From Zygnema circumcarinatum SAG 698-1b (Eukaryota; Plantae; Zygnematophyceae), in contig CM074809.1 in the NCBI GenBank assembly GCA_037447605.1, positions 1,354,689 through 1,418,688 on the forward strand: a stretch of DNA of 64,000 nt, read 5' to 3'. Below the pieces are notes generated by a model. The model made no database searches. It was not told the origin of the DNA and worked only from the letters and a program-made list of their open reading frames with translations. Positions 23,036 through 37,600 of the stretch are shown one piece after another. The translations under genes were made by a program, and so were the position numbers. Position 1 is the stretch's first letter. Every line of letters starts with the position of its first letter.

Positions 23036-26000
23036 ATGGCCACGTACCAACAGGCAACTGCTGCCCGGCAAGCACGATTATTCCAGAGTTTTCACTGCCA
23101 ACTAGATCCGCAATGTCCGAATTTTTCTAAGTGTTGTCTTTTCCAGCCTCGATTCCTATTAGGGGCCATTTCTGTACTTTTAATTCTCTTATCATGCACA
23201 CAACTAGTAGCTCCCGAAGGCAACATTCAGAAGCCTTCATGGTCAGAGTCAGTAGAAAATCATCCTATCGATTCGCATACAGTAGTACCATCTTCTGGGG
23301 GAACTCCATCCCACTCTTCCGCATCTTCTCTCAGCTTGGATCACCTTTCGAGTCCATTTCTGAGAGCTAAATTTCTCTATACCGCTTCAACACCGGATCC
23401 TTCCTCTGATCTGGTTCTGCAACGATCACGCCAAAGTGAGTTAACTTACGCATTTAAGCAAGGTGCTTCTGTGTGCAGTACTCATTTATCACTGAATATG
23501 TGTATAATGGCATTTACATTACAAGTTTCTGGCATTTTAACATCCATCTTGACACTGCATTGGAGGGTTCAGCTGATTTTTCTTCCTTTAAATGAATTTC
23601 ATCATGTAGTTGCTTTGCTGAAACATTTTTCAAACGGTAGGCAGATGGGAACACAGCACAATGCACAAAAGGCATATTTTGCAACGCTTCCTCCATCCTT
23701 TTATCGTTCAGTAGAATGTAGTCATGAGACCTAACTTTAAAAAAAATGATTACAGGCATATTGGTTTGTTTCCAAACGAGATAACAGCCAGCGCATTTTA
23801 TTGATCAGTTTTTTTTTATCGCTGCGAAAGCATGCGATGCTGAAAGAGTGCCATCCTTATGTCAAAACCTCCACTCTAATTTTCTGAAGTGGAGTATAGC
23901 ACTTCACAGTAGGAAGCCCACGCGCATTGCTGAGAGGACGTTCGTTTTCAGACGACACGTTGCAGGCTTTGGCGGCGTCTCTAAATGGTCTCGGCGAAAG
24001 TGCGGATTTCTGCAACTTTTCCTGGGTTACATGCTCCAGTAATAGGCTTGTCCAGACAATGTGAGTCTTACTTTATGCATCAAGGAAGGCGCGGAAGCTT
24101 GCTTTCGCCCCTCATGATAAGTGGTAGGATATCCCATGTTTTGCATTACCTCATCTGTAACGGTGTAGGATTCCCCGCTCTCGCTCGCTCTAACTGCAAG
24201 CCTGGACGCTTCCTGCTTTATTGAAGATGTGTTGGTTTCTGACAGTTTCGTGTTGGAATGCTTTCCGATGAAGCTAACCACCTGTAGCTATCTGCTCGGC
24301 TATGCCTTTTGTTCCCTCAGCAATCTTGCCGGCCACGTGACATCAACCAAACCTCAATTCACTGCCAGCTTTGAGAATTTAACATCTCTTCAAACACTGT
24401 GAGTCGGACGGCTCCCTGGACCATATATCGCTGCTACTCTCATGCGGATGTGCTCGCAAAGCAGACACTTTTTCAAGAAGGCAATTTCGTGACTTTTTGG
24501 ATTCGCCATGGCATCAAAAAACCATTTACAGAGCAATGTAGGGTGTGGCTTGCAGGAACTTGAGCAACTCCAATTTTGTTGGCGCCGTTCCTGCTAGTAT
24601 TGGGGCACTACTTAATCTTCTCACACTGTGAGTATTCACTATACCTCGCATCTGTATTATTCGTGTGCTACTCGGAAATCTTCCAGGGGGCTCCTTATTC
24701 CGCATATTAGAAGCCTCCAAAACCGGATCTTAAGTATTCCAATTTGTGAATCGGCCTGTCACTCCCTGAAGAGACCACTGCATTCTCCTTAAGCAGCAGG
24801 ATTCATAGACTGCAATGGGATTGATATGCTTAGGTCTTCTTCTCTGAGTTATTTGCCAGAGTGAAAACTCATCCACACAATGTATTGCTGATGGCTTTGA
24901 GGTCCTTCGTACGGCGTCCCGGGGATGCTTTGCTCCGAGTGCGGATTTTCCATAGTGGATGAGCTGCATGTGGTGGGCTGTGTCTTGCAGCGATTTGAGC
25001 CACAACATTTTTGACGCTATTGATTCGAACATGTTCCAGAATCTGTCCAAGCTGACCTACCTGTGAGTTGTTTTCTACTTTCCAGTTTCGTCAGCTTGCC
25101 GTTCAGGGAGCTGCCTGGACAGACAGTCTGAATAGGATCAAAGATTTTAGTTCTAGCTTTATATCATTGTTTAATTGTCTGTTTCTGAGATGGATTTTCT
25201 GACGTTTTTGGTTGATTTTTCTAGTCGTAGAGTGTTCTCCACGAGGAAAGCAACGTGAGATGAATTCTTCTTTTAGAGTACGAACTTTTACCAGAAAATT
25301 ATGGCTGCTATACGAAATAGGTTGTTTATTCGATTTTCTGCTGTTCTTGCCAACAGAGATCTAAGCAACAATTATCTCGATTGCATTCCGGAGAGTCTTG
25401 GGGCCACGAATCTCACATACTTGTGAGCTCAACAACCCGACTTCCTGCCCATGGACAGAAATGTCTCTGCAGAGATATGACGACCTTCTAAATGGGTTTT
25501 GTGAGAGAGCTGTGAGAGAGGACTGAACTGGTGAGCGGTTCTATGGCAGGGACCTCTCGGCCAATCATTTCAGCCAAATACCTGAAGAGATCGGCAACCT
25601 TTTGAACCTCCGCGTTCTGTGAGTAGCGCTCTGCTCATTGTTGTAGCATGATCAGCATTCTGGATGGCTGAAACGTTGGGGATAAAAGGCCGGGAAGGGA
25701 GGAGCAACTGGTGATTTTTACGCTTAGATAAGGGGATGGCATTGAATGGTACAGGTCAAGTCAGTCTTCGTTTGAGGGAAGGAGCTGCGTGAAGAAAACG
25801 AGATTGTTCTTGAATTTGAAGGAACATGCTACTGTTTCTTCCTTAATCATACTACTACATACTCTTAATACATACCCTTAATACACACTTTTTATAATCC
25901 TTTTTTTTTTTTGGCTTTTTTTTCCTTTGTATGCTGTGTTCTTCCTCGCAGGGACCTCAGCGACAACCTCATAAGTTACGCCGGACTTCCTCGCAAATTT

Positions 26001-29000
26001 GTCAACCTGTTGCAGCTGGAAATCCTGTAAGCTCTCCTATCCTCTTGTTCAAGAGTTTACTTTCATAGTGGCAGTGAGTGTGCCATGTAAAGGCTGCAGG
26101 CAATTATTGAGTTCGCTACTTTTTACAAAGTAACTCTCTTTAGCCTCCTAGATTGCCCTGCTACAGACAGTGTGATTGTGTTCATTCAATCTTTTATGAT
26201 GGGACCCCTTTGTCTGAATCTTGTGGAAAGTTCGAGGTCAGTGCGGATGCTGCGTGAAGGTGAGTCCAACTTCTCTCTCTGACTGTAAATTAAGTTTTTT
26301 ATTCTGTTCTGCAGCGATCTCAGCTTGAACAGTCTCGGATCCTCGGGAGCAGGCCAATCCAATTGCCGTGTGTAAGTCGCTTCTACAGTGTGTACAACTC
26401 TAAAGGTCGTACTAAATTGTTACATGCCTGAAAACGGCAAAGAAAATGATCGAGTAAGGCTAGTTTTGGGTTGGCAAGCTGCAGAGAGTGTTGTAAAGCC
26501 TGCCTGTCTAGGAGAAGAGTGCTCTCCTTTCGAACTAGTTCAGCCCCTCCCTTTCCCTCTCGCTTGCCAATACATTCATATGGGTTGCTGGAGGGAATGT
26601 TCACAGATTCAACAGCAGTGACTTCATTGCCTTGAAGGACTTCATTCCGCAATACATCAACAAATTTTCTAATCTCCGCCTCTTGTAAGAACCACGTCAA
26701 GTGTCTCCAATCACTTGAGCTCACGAAATAGAAGTAGCTGACAGATTGATCTGTTTGGCTGTCCATTTGAAAAGCTATGTTGTGATAAGTCCGTAAAGAA
26801 CTTGAACTTTTGGCTTTCCTGTGAGTGAGATGAGGAGAGCTTTTGTCCTTTTAGCTCCTTGCTTGACTTAGCTGCTGAAATTTAGTCAGAACGAGTGGTG
26901 CAGGAGTCTGAGTCAGAACGAATTGTCGGATCGCATACACTTTGAGGACTGCCCAACGTGCTACTTCACCTCCAAAATGACCTTGTGAGTTTCCAGCATT
27001 CTCAATGATGTATCATATGCTGTACTTGTGCTGCTAGAACGCTTTCATAGAGAGGGCGATTCTAGTGTTGTGTAGTCAGTTCACAGAACGTTGCAATGTG
27101 GGCCGTTAAAATTGTCTGCTGAGTGAATTGGGATGGTCCTTTCTTTCGCTGACCAATGAACTCAGTACTCAACTCGCAGACATCGATAAAACTAGTGAAC
27201 ATCTTGTGTTTCAAACGTGTTTTTTGAAAGGCACGAATGATGTCGGTTTTGGATTCTAATTATTTCGAGAAGGATTGTTGTAAACCTGTTCTAAAGGAGT
27301 TTTGCAAATAAATTTTGCAGTTTGAGGATATGGTCATTTTGTGCCTCTCCCGCATCCCTATCGCATGCGGATGGTGGATCTGCTCTCCCTTTTCTTTTCT
27401 TTCCCTATCTACCGTGTGCTTCGCTCAAATTTGGAAAGGATGCACTGTCACCGACATTTATGTTTATTAGTTTCCGTGATTTGTGCTCCATGCAGGGACT
27501 TGACAGACAATTTGTTCTACGAGTTACTGACTCCCCCAAACTATTCGGGCCGACCTACCGTTCTGTGCGCACCAAACCCACTTGCCTGTTTCTACTCCAT
27601 TTTTTGGCTCTGTGATTTGCAGGGGTCTGGTGGGCTCGCCTGCTTGAAACCGCTGTTTTACAGAGTTTGAGAAATCTTCTTCGACCTTTGGCTCTGTATC
27701 CTTCGCTAAGATGTAATGTTAGTCAAAGCAAAAGGATGAACTATGCTTTAGGTCTGTTTTCTGGACTGCATCAGTTGAGATGAGAATTTGGGAGTTTGCT
27801 TGTGCAGATATGCGAGTAAAAACAAGCTGCGTAGCTTTCCCTTTTTTTCAACCTTGTCTTCATTCTCTTCACTCACTTCACTGTGAGTAGGCCGACCAGT
27901 CTTTAGTCTTTCTCCCACCCTGTTTGTCTGTCTTATGGGCATTGCGGTTGCTGATCTCAGCTTCATGTGGTTGATGCAGTGATATCTCCAACAATGAATT
28001 GACCGGACAACTTGTAAGTCTACAGCTATGCTTTAAGGACTCAGTTTATTTCCTCTCTCACTGGGCTGTAACTCCAGCCCTCATGGCAGGGTTGGGCCTT
28101 GCATTTCTGCCTTAGGTCAGGCCTAATTTAGCATTTTTAACTTCTCCTTGAGCGGAAAATTCATCATTCATCTTTTATGCCCTTTTTAGTCGGTCAATGA
28201 TATGCCCAAAAGACCGCTGACTTCATGATTAATCTTTTCCCTCGTTTCATTAGCGGTGGAAATCAGCAAAGTCTCTTGACATTTCGCTCTATAAACATCC
28301 TCGCTGTCACTCTCTGTCACTCGCTTACATTGTAACATGGCTATAGCGGCAGTTTGATGTGAGAGAGTCGTAGGGTTGTTGAAGCTTTCAATCCAGTTGT
28401 ACCTGTTAATGTGTATCCCCATATAGGATATGCCATATGGGACTTGGCTCAAAGTTTCGTCTTCAATCGTGCATTCTTCAAAGTAGTTATCTCCTATTCA
28501 AGATGGCTCGTTCTGCCTTAGACCCCATTTCCGCATTCATCTCTCATCTTCTCTTGAACGTCTTTGCAGCCAAACTTCACCAACAACTTGACATCCCTCA
28601 ACGTTGCTAATAACAATCTGTCGGGGACCCTTCCGCTGAGCTCCTTAGACTTTCAGTATTTGTAAGGTTCCTTCTGTGTAGTTTTTGTCAATATGATGCC
28701 TTTGCAAATGTGTCTTTCTTCTAGCTATTGGTGTACATCTGAGTCCTGTGTTTTTTTTCTTTTTTCGCTCCTTTGTGTATCAAATCACACGTGCTGCCTT
28801 TAAGTTTGCGCTAAAGGGGCCGTCATTGGGAGGGTGCGAGTCTTTGCTGAGAAATCTCTTGAAATGAAAAATTGTCAGAAGGTATTGAGGCTTGCATGTG
28901 TCTCCTTGGCTCGTCTTTGGGGCTCTTGCTCAAGCTCAGTTGCAAGCGTACCTCCTGTTGAATATGTTAAGCCTCGGAGGTTAAGCTTCCATTCATTGCT

Positions 29001-30617
29001 ACCTTTAGTATGCGCATTTATGTATGTATGTATGTATGTATGTATGTATGTATATCAGTGTATTTATATGTATGCATAATATATGCTTTAGTATCTGACT
29101 AAGTCGGAGCAGTTGCACGTGGTGGGCCCCATCAGAAATGTTTCGGGGAACCCTTTCTTGACCGGATCAGTTCCGGCCGCATGGCTGAAGAATGCGGGAA
29201 CGAATTCATGTTCCATGTGAGTCCTTTAAGACGAACAAAAAGAGATTCATTTCGTCGACTGAAATAAGCCCAAGAATTGGTCTCGGGTAGAGTGCAGTGC
29301 TGGTGGGAAGATAGAAAATCCTTAAATACCAGTGAAGATATGACAAGAACATGCCATTTCTCCATTCTCCCTCACGTTATCAGATTCATGGCCATATTTA
29401 AATTTCCATTTTTCTCTTTGTCTTTGTCTCAATCGTCACCTTTATCTTCATCTCTTTCATTTTCACTAGGCTTCTTTTCTGTACGAATGCGTCCATCTTA
29501 TGGACATCTATCAAAATTTGTCCGGTTGGGTTGTCACATGGTTTCTACTTGCAGGTATAGAAATACATCTCTCAGTGTTCCAGGATGCGCAAGTATGTCT
29601 CAAAAATCCTTCAAACCCTTTGATATTTCTCTTCTCATACCTCTACCCTTAAGGCAAACTTAAGGCAACCGACGTTAAGTTGCCAGAAATCAAAGCCTAT
29701 TCTGGATTAGGCCAACATGCTTTCTCATAGCCAAGTCAAAGACCAGCTTGTGCATTCAATCCTACCTGACTGGGATCGATCCTTTTTTGTTGGTCTGATG
29801 TGTGATTTCGCATTGAGATAGTTTTAGCCAACTAATCTGATCAGGAACTTCAACTTTGCGGGGAATAGCATTGATAGGATCGTCCATTTGTCAGTTGAAG
29901 CAAAGTCGAACGGTTGTACTTTGGATGGGGCTGTCCTTATGGCAATTCAGGAGTGAAATGTCCTCAACTGACTAAGCAGGCTAGATAAGACATATTTTTT
30001 CCATTCTTTCGGGACTTGTTTTGTGATCTATGGATCTGTTCAACTAAAACATGCGCACGTTTTCTCCGAATAAATGCCCGTATTACATGTTTAATGAATT
30101 GCAAACATTAGCTCCTGACCTCGTTTCTGCTTCATTTTGTTGCCTGCAGGTCCCTACCCACCTCCCGCCGGCCCCCCTCCCTTCCCTCCCTTTCGTCCTC
30201 CCTCCCCTCCTCCTTCCCCTCCTTCCTCCCCCCCCCCTCCTCCTCCCTCCCGTCCTCCTCCCTCTCCCTCTCCCACTCCCCCTTCCCTCCACCCTCCCCC
30301 TTACGCAACCCCTGACCTCTCCCTTGACCACCCATCAGAACCTCCTCCACAAGTGCTCTCGGAAACGACCTCTCCTATCGCTCCTCCACCCTCGGGGGGA
30401 GGTACGAGTATGAACTTATCAATTTTCCCCGGACTTCCCGACTGTAGAGATGAAGCAGTAGGTTATATCATATAGTAAATTCAGATACGAGATTTAGATG
30501 GAGTATATGTGTGGGATTCTGTCCCCTGATCCCATAGCTCACGAACAGAGCCCCATCATCAGCTGTGCCAGTTCTTGCTGTCTTTCTCAGATTGTAGGGA
30601 GACCCTTTTGGACTCCC

Positions 30618-30666
<49 letters not shown>

Positions 30667-33600
30667 AGTTCCTTTACTTGTGGGGTGTTTGCAAGTTGCG
30701 AGTTTTTGAGAGTATGGTGAGGGGGGGGTTGTGCAGGCAGTAATACCATGAAGGCGTGGCAGATCGCTCTGTTGGCAGCAGCCGCCACTGCAGGGTTTTC
30801 TGCTCTCATTCTCGGTGCGTGCTTCTTTTTTGGAGCACTCGGAAAGTGGGGGAAGCAGGGCAGGAAGACAATGCCCTTAGCGGGGTTTGCGCAACTGCCA
30901 GCAGAAGGTACGCTTTGCTTGCTCTGCAGAATTTTATTTACTTTACTTCGGCGGCATCTCCTCTCTTGAATTCTGCAATGCTCGCATTGTTTTCCCTCAG
31001 AAGCATCAAGCATTCCGAGGAGAATATATCCTTCGCCTTATGCTTGGGCTTGTACTGTGTGTTACGATCTATTTTCCGTGTGTTTTTGTGCTGATGCAGA
31101 TTTAGGGATGTCCCCTCAGCAAAGCAGCAAGATGCCGTACGTCCATGTGAACCTGTTCCGTGTTCTTCCATTGTCAGATATCAACATAGCCACGCATTAC
31201 TTCAATGAGGCAGCGAAAATTGGGGAAGGAGGGTACGGAACAGTGTACAAGGGAATGGGGCCGGATGGGGAAGTGTGGGCCGTCAAGAGGGCAAAGAGGG
31301 TGTCTCGAATTCGTCGAAAAGAGTTCGAAAACGAGGTAGGAGGGGGGCTGAAGGGTTTCATAATCTATTGGATTGCCGAGCTCATGCTATCCTACACCTG
31401 CTATTTGGAGTTCTTTGGATTTTGAGATTTTTGAGCTTGCTTTGTTGAGAAAAAGGCTGTTCAGTGTTTCTGAATGGTTCCGATTCGCGAGATTGGCAGA
31501 TTTGAATTTCTGATGGTGAGATGGCGATGAATGTCTTCGCGGGGTTTGAAAATATCCGCCCTTGAGTGATGATAGCTTTGTCTTAGGAAAGAAGCGTAAG
31601 AGAGGAATGAGTTTGGGAGAGGCGCAGATTAGCACCATTTCTTTGATGAGTCATCGGAATTTGGTGAAGCTTTTTGGCTATTGCGATGAGGACAATGAGG
31701 AAATTTTAGTGTACGAATACATGTGCAACGGAAATTTGCGAGAGCATCTTCGTCCAAAAGAAGGTGAGAATTTCTGCAGCTTTTATGCATAACTAAGGTT
31801 GAATCCCTATGAATGACGGCGTTTCTTGTTGTCCCTGTTGAGGAAAGAGTTTCACATGGCTTAGCCGTCAGTTGTAACGTGATTCTTTAAGGGACTTTTT
31901 TTCATTTTGCATGCTTAGCCATTCGCTATTCCTTCTCCTCATGGGTTTCTTCCTGCTATGTCTGGGAGAATACATGCGAACATTTAACGTGCTCAAGTTC
32001 TTTGTGCCCTGAACCACCGGGAAAGAAAGAAATCGCAGGAAAGCGAAAAACCTCTCCGAAGAAAAGGACTAACTGGATGAGAAAATAATCACCACGAAAG
32101 AAAAGCGCTACTGGGTCGAATTAACCACTTCCACAGTGAAGGTTAGAGTAGGTGTTAAAGTGAACGAATTTCAGTCATGAGACGGGGCATGATGCGGTGC
32201 TACTTGCAGGTGGACGGCCGGTGGGGGATTTGACCTTTGAGCAGAGGTTGCATATCGCAATTGGAGCGGCTCAAGGGCTACATTACCTGCACAGCTTTGC
32301 CACTCCTGCCATCATTCACCGCGATATTAAGTCTTCAAACATTCTTCTTGACAGCGAACTGAATGTAAGTAAAGGTGGTACTGGAGTAGAGGACTTCGAC
32401 GGATGTTTGGGATATGAAAATATGTGGTTGACGAGGCAATGTTTGGGAGTAAGGTTGTTTGAGAAGCTCATAATTTCTCTAATGCTCCATCTTCGGTTGG
32501 ACTAGTTCGAGTAGCACATGCTCAGTTCTGCTGTCTCTCGTTGCCCCCTCTTCCCCCCTCCCTCCCCTTCCATTTTCCTCCTCATTTCTCTCTCTCCCTC
32601 CCCCTCTTTTCGCCCTCCCTCTCCCCCTCTTCCTCGCTCACGCTGCTTCACTTGCATACCCCCTTCGCTCAAAACAAATTGATCTCTGCCTTACTTTCGC
32701 ATCTGCCTAAGTTTGTCGCTATGAATTCTCAAAAAATGTAACACTGATTCTTGCAGGCCAAAGTGGCAGATTTTGGGCTACTAAAGCCACATATAGCCGT
32801 GGGAGTGGCAGTGAGCACAGCGGTTGCAGGCACTGTGGGGTATGTTGATCCTGACTACTACATGCACAACCGTGTTACTACCAAGAGCGATGTCTACAGG
32901 TCAGCATGCATGCACCTCCCAACCGCTTTTGGTATTCTGAAAATATGCAATTCTCAGGGACCGCATAAACAAGTGAAGAAGTTATTGGTGGTGCTCCAAA
33001 ATCCTACGTCAGCGTGTAGGCAGGTCTCAAGTAAGGTTTCCTGCTTCCGTATTGCAGTTTTGGAGTTGTATTACTGGAGTTATTGACGGGGAAGCCGCCC
33101 ATAGTGGCGAAGGAGAAACGCAAGGCTGCGACGGCAGAGCAAATGGAAGGGGGTGAGGGGCAGTCTGGGCCATCGGATGAAGGTTCAACAACTCACATCG
33201 CTCAATGGGTGAGGCAGCCTTCCTTCCAATAGCATTTTCCACTACGAAAGTAAGTTGAAAAGGCAATTCTGAAAGTGAGAAAGAGACGGCATCAGTAAGG
33301 TAGAACCCATACGTTCTTCTTTATGGTGGCTCTCATCTGTTTGAGAAGAAAATTGTGAGGTTTGTCCTTAGTTTACACCTGTCGTTGTGTGATTTCGCTC
33401 TGCGAAGGTTGACTTGCGTGACTTCTGTCGTCATGTGTGGTGCCTATCGCAGGCTCTGCCAAAGGTATTGAAGGAAGGTGTTGCAGCAATAATCGATCCT
33501 CGAATGGGAGACTTTCCGCTTGAAAAGGCTCAAGCAATGGCGAATGTGGCTGCCATATGTCTTCGCCGCGAGGGTGTAGACCGCCCGGAAATGAGTGAAG

Positions 33601-33752
33601 TCTGCATCCGATTGGGCGACATTCAGCTCAACAACTGCTCGACCTCCGTGTCTGCCAAGGATATGGAGTGGCTGAGCTCTCCAGCCGTGTCCCAAAGTTT
33701 TCATTCGGCAGGAGAGTCGCTGCCTATGACCGAGTCTCTTCAGGGGAGGTAG
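23036..33752 (+). CDS. LRR receptor-like Ser/Thr kinase (RLK/Pelle) with a proline-rich extracellular juxtamembrane segment
   Basis: Hydrophobic signal [20 protein letters not shown]; N-cap [10 protein letters not shown]. One-LRR exons: [15 protein letters not shown]; [20 protein letters not shown]; [13 protein letters not shown]; [12 protein letters not shown]; [13 protein letters not shown]. Pro-rich exon [34 protein letters not shown] (30150-30400). [28 protein letters not shown]. Kinase motifs [87 protein letters not shown]. Stop at 33750-33752. Confidence 0.93.
29019..29053. repeat. (TATG)n microsatellite in an RLK intron
   Basis: tatgtatgtatg..., about 8 units. Confidence 0.9.
30618..30663. 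repeat. Poly-A followed by (TA)n microsatellite in an RLK intron
   Basis: aaaaaaaaaaaaaaa tatatatata... Confidence 0.9.
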
Positions 33753-34699
33753 GCTCTGCTCTCCGCTTGTAACAAAAAAGGCCCTTTTTCATATGGAGCA
33801 AGGTGAGAGATTCAGGAGCCCTGGATGGAGGGTTAGGGTGCGGAAACCTGTACTTTGCTCTTTTTATCCTCGGACTATTTATGGGAATAAAGCTCTAGAA
33901 TAGGTTTAGAGTGTCTCATATATACATTAGCGTTATTTAAGCAGAGGCTCGATTCATGCCGATTCTTTGATCCTGCTGTAAAATTACATCTCGTTTCTCA
34001 CCCTTCGCCGTAACTTCTGCCAAAATAATTTAGCACTTAGATTTCTGACAGCTTTTTTGTTAGCAGATTGTAACATTTTGGAGCAGCAATTGGTCCTCTA
34101 GTTATGATGGTCTTTACTGGATGAGCTGTGTCGTCCATCAGAGCGAACTTAGCACTTTAGTTTTGCTGGGCGGCCACCCACGGCTACAAAGAGCATACCC
34201 TGTGCTCTGTCCGGTGATACTCTATTGTTTTCAGCCAATCAAAATTGTTGGTCGTGCAATGTCACATGTACGCTATTTTCTGTCATCTGTTTGACGGTCT
34301 TTCAACTGAGACATAGACTCAGTTTGACTGCTGAGACATAGATGTAACATACACTTTCAGCCTTCTTTCAAAATCAAAAACCAATAGTCGGAGGCACGCT
34401 TATGGAGGTGTAAAGCATGTACAAAATCTTGCCCATATGTTTTTATGATGGGTGGTCTGACCTCTATATCTATGACATTTGAAAATAATTAAACTGGGCT
34501 ACACAAGTTACGAGAAGTTGTGCCTCCCAAATTTCTCGTCTGTTGTGTTCCCAATAATGTGGAGGGCGTGCTTTAATGAGTTGGCAGAGTACATTCCCGA
34601 CGATTGTTCCTGAACAAGATCACGATCCCCTCCCTAGTAAATTACAAAAATAGGACTCCTCCAAAAGTAGTCAATCACTTTGTGCCTGACTTCAACTAC

Positions 34700-37600
34700 A
34701 TGGGCGTGGTTTTCCGACATCCCCGAAGAGGAAATGGAGTTGCCTAGGGAGGTGAATTCTAAGAACGGAAGAATTAGAGATGAAGGTGGGCAGAAGTAGA
34801 CAATTGTGCACAACACCAAGTCGCACCAAATGGTTGGTTCAACTGAAAACAGGCCACGTAACAGTTTCCACCCGTTTCACACCCGGCTCTATTGCACTTC
34901 GACCTCAACGCATCGAATCTGCTGTAACACATGGCTGCTACCCATAACAAGTAGGTGTCGTTCAAAATGAAAGCAAGGATCCGTCTGATTGGTTTCATCT
35001 CTTGGAGGCATCTTGCTTCCACAAGTGAGATGTCACAGCTTCAATGAGAGATAGAGAGCTCTTTCAACGCGGTTAAGTCAGCGAATGGAGGCATAGATGG
35101 GATTGTCAGTAAGGGCGCACCTTCTTAATGATTCGGAGTCGCTCAAGCTTTTCCAATGCGTCCTTGATGTCAAACGCAACACTCTCTCTGAACTTGTCCG
35201 CCATCAGCAGTTCGCATTTGCGATCCAACTCCTGACAAACATGCGGCAAACTTGTTGGACTCTTAAGCAAAGGCTTTGCCCCAGAAGCCAAGAGCTATCG
35301 GAAGAGAAAAAAATCCTTCCGCAACTCACATTCCACCGTCGTTAGAAGCAATATGACAGGTACACTGACTGTATACGTTTCTTGAACACAGAAAACAATT
35401 TTGGAACAACAGAATTTTGGAATTTTGCCAGTAGAAGTAACTCTGCAAGCCATTTTCTCGACTCTTGTTGAGGGAGCCCTTACTTCTTTCGTAGCGCTGC
35501 CAGTGGTAATAAGTAAGAAATAAGCAAGAAGAGCCTCTTTCAGCTGCCGGTGGAGCAGACCCAACACCCGCATGCTTATCAGGGCAACTTCACGTCAGGT
35601 CCAACTCAGCGCCCCCTGAGCCCCCCCTGCTTCTTTCCCAAACATGCCCTCTAGAAACTCGAGTTTCTTCAACTAGCAAAAACGGTACACATACTTTCGA
35701 GGCACCGACTAGAGGGACTCACCTTACAAAGGCTATAAAAGATGAAATTCAGATGCATATACTGACCAAACGGTGTCCCAAGAACAGGGGACATCATGCT
35801 ACAGCATGCACTGCATGCCTCCCTCTCATTCGCTCCCCACCTCCTGCTGTTCCACGTCATCGCAGATATGCAGCAGAGACCCTCTCCCGCTGTCGAGTTG
35901 CTTCGCATACACGGACTGCTGCAGGAGAGCGTAGTACGTCTGCATGGTCTGATTCCACCTGCCTCAAATGTCCAGACATCCCACCGTCCCTGGAAGCAGA
36001 TGCTATTTCCACTCAGACGAACTGACATGGTGCTCTGAAATTCAACAATCTAATTACTACTTGTAAACAACATCCTTCTCTCAATGGAGATTGTATGTGA
36101 AACACAGTCACTCTGACAGTTTCTCGGTTGGAATCTCTCTCATTGTTCTCTCTCTCAAACGATGTTCAGCATTCTATGTTCTCTCGTCACCCACCCCGCT
36201 ATCCCACTTGCCATTTTGAAAGTAAACCATGTATGCTTTGTCGCTCTTGTCCACACCCTCCTCTTCTCCCTTCCATGCAAATTGCACCCGTAGTTGGAAG
36301 GCACAAAACTCACGCAAAGTAAACCTTCAAAATGTAGCTTATGAGTGCGACTGAAACGCTGACCACCACCGTCATACTGAACTGAAGTTGAAGAGTGGTG
36401 AAAACAGCGGTCTGGAGTCCCAACAGCAAAACCCAAAAACCCATCATACAAACACCAGCTGCTTAGGAAGCAACAGAGACAAATACTCTATTTCAGAGAG
36501 TTTTCACTACCACAAACAACAAGATGAGAATGCAGGGATCAAGAATTACTTTTTCGAGGACCTTTAGCGATGTCAAGTTTTAAAGTCATGTAGGACAAGT
36601 AAATTCTCTCATCGCTAGTGCTACAAATCAAAGGGTATTAAGAATGGTAGGGACGAACCAAGCCACCAAAAACAGTGAGGAAGAAGTATAACCAGTCGAC
36701 AGGAGTAAGTCCCGGCACCATCTTCTCGGGCTGCACATAGAAAGAAACTCTCAATAAGCTCCCTCAAAATGAAAAAAAGTAAACTAACTTCTATAGGCAC
36801 ACGTTCAAGACAGCATTGCTTTCCTTCCTCACCCCTCTCAGCAAATTAGAAGCAATGAAGGACCATACTTTCGGTAGAGTCTTTCTTAGAAAAATCTCAA
36901 CACCCCACTCGCAAACAAGCACTTATATACATGTATATATGGCCAGAACTAACCAGAACTATCTCGGCATCTGCCATGGGAACATGCGCAAATTGCTTGA
37001 CACAGATGGACCGTGGCCCTAATGGGAGGGATGGGTCGGAAGGAGCGGACAGCCTGCAACCCCTTGGTTCAAAAGTCATCTCAAAGGGTATATAATAAAA
37101 TGAAGGAAAAAGGAGAAAAAAGCCTCGTTTAGCTGGGAATGAAATCCACAATGCAGAGGGTGAAAATAGCCCCAACGATTCGTACCTGTATATGAGGACA
37201 ACCCGTTCGAATGTTGGTTCTTGAATTATATTTCGAGAGAAAATGTTCTTCAAACTGCGATAAAGCATCACCTCCCCAGAGTGGCTTCACAGTCGAATCC
37301 AATGGATATTATGCAATTCTGCAGTATAAAATTTATCGTTAGATTTATCTGACAGAAAAGGGTTCACCTGAGGGGCATATTTTCAAGGCGAATTCGTTCG
37401 ATCGCAAGGCCCTCATCGTCGTGCTTGTTCGGTCTGCGAATGTCGCGAACTACTGCTTCTTGATTGGTCCTCCTCATGCTGCATGGCGGGTTAAAGGCAC
37501 ATGTATCCTCCGTTCAGTTCAGATTCACCCTCATAGTCAGCGGCGATACATTCTCTTGAATTGACTGAATGTGAGGAGGATGGATGAGAAAAAAAAAAAA

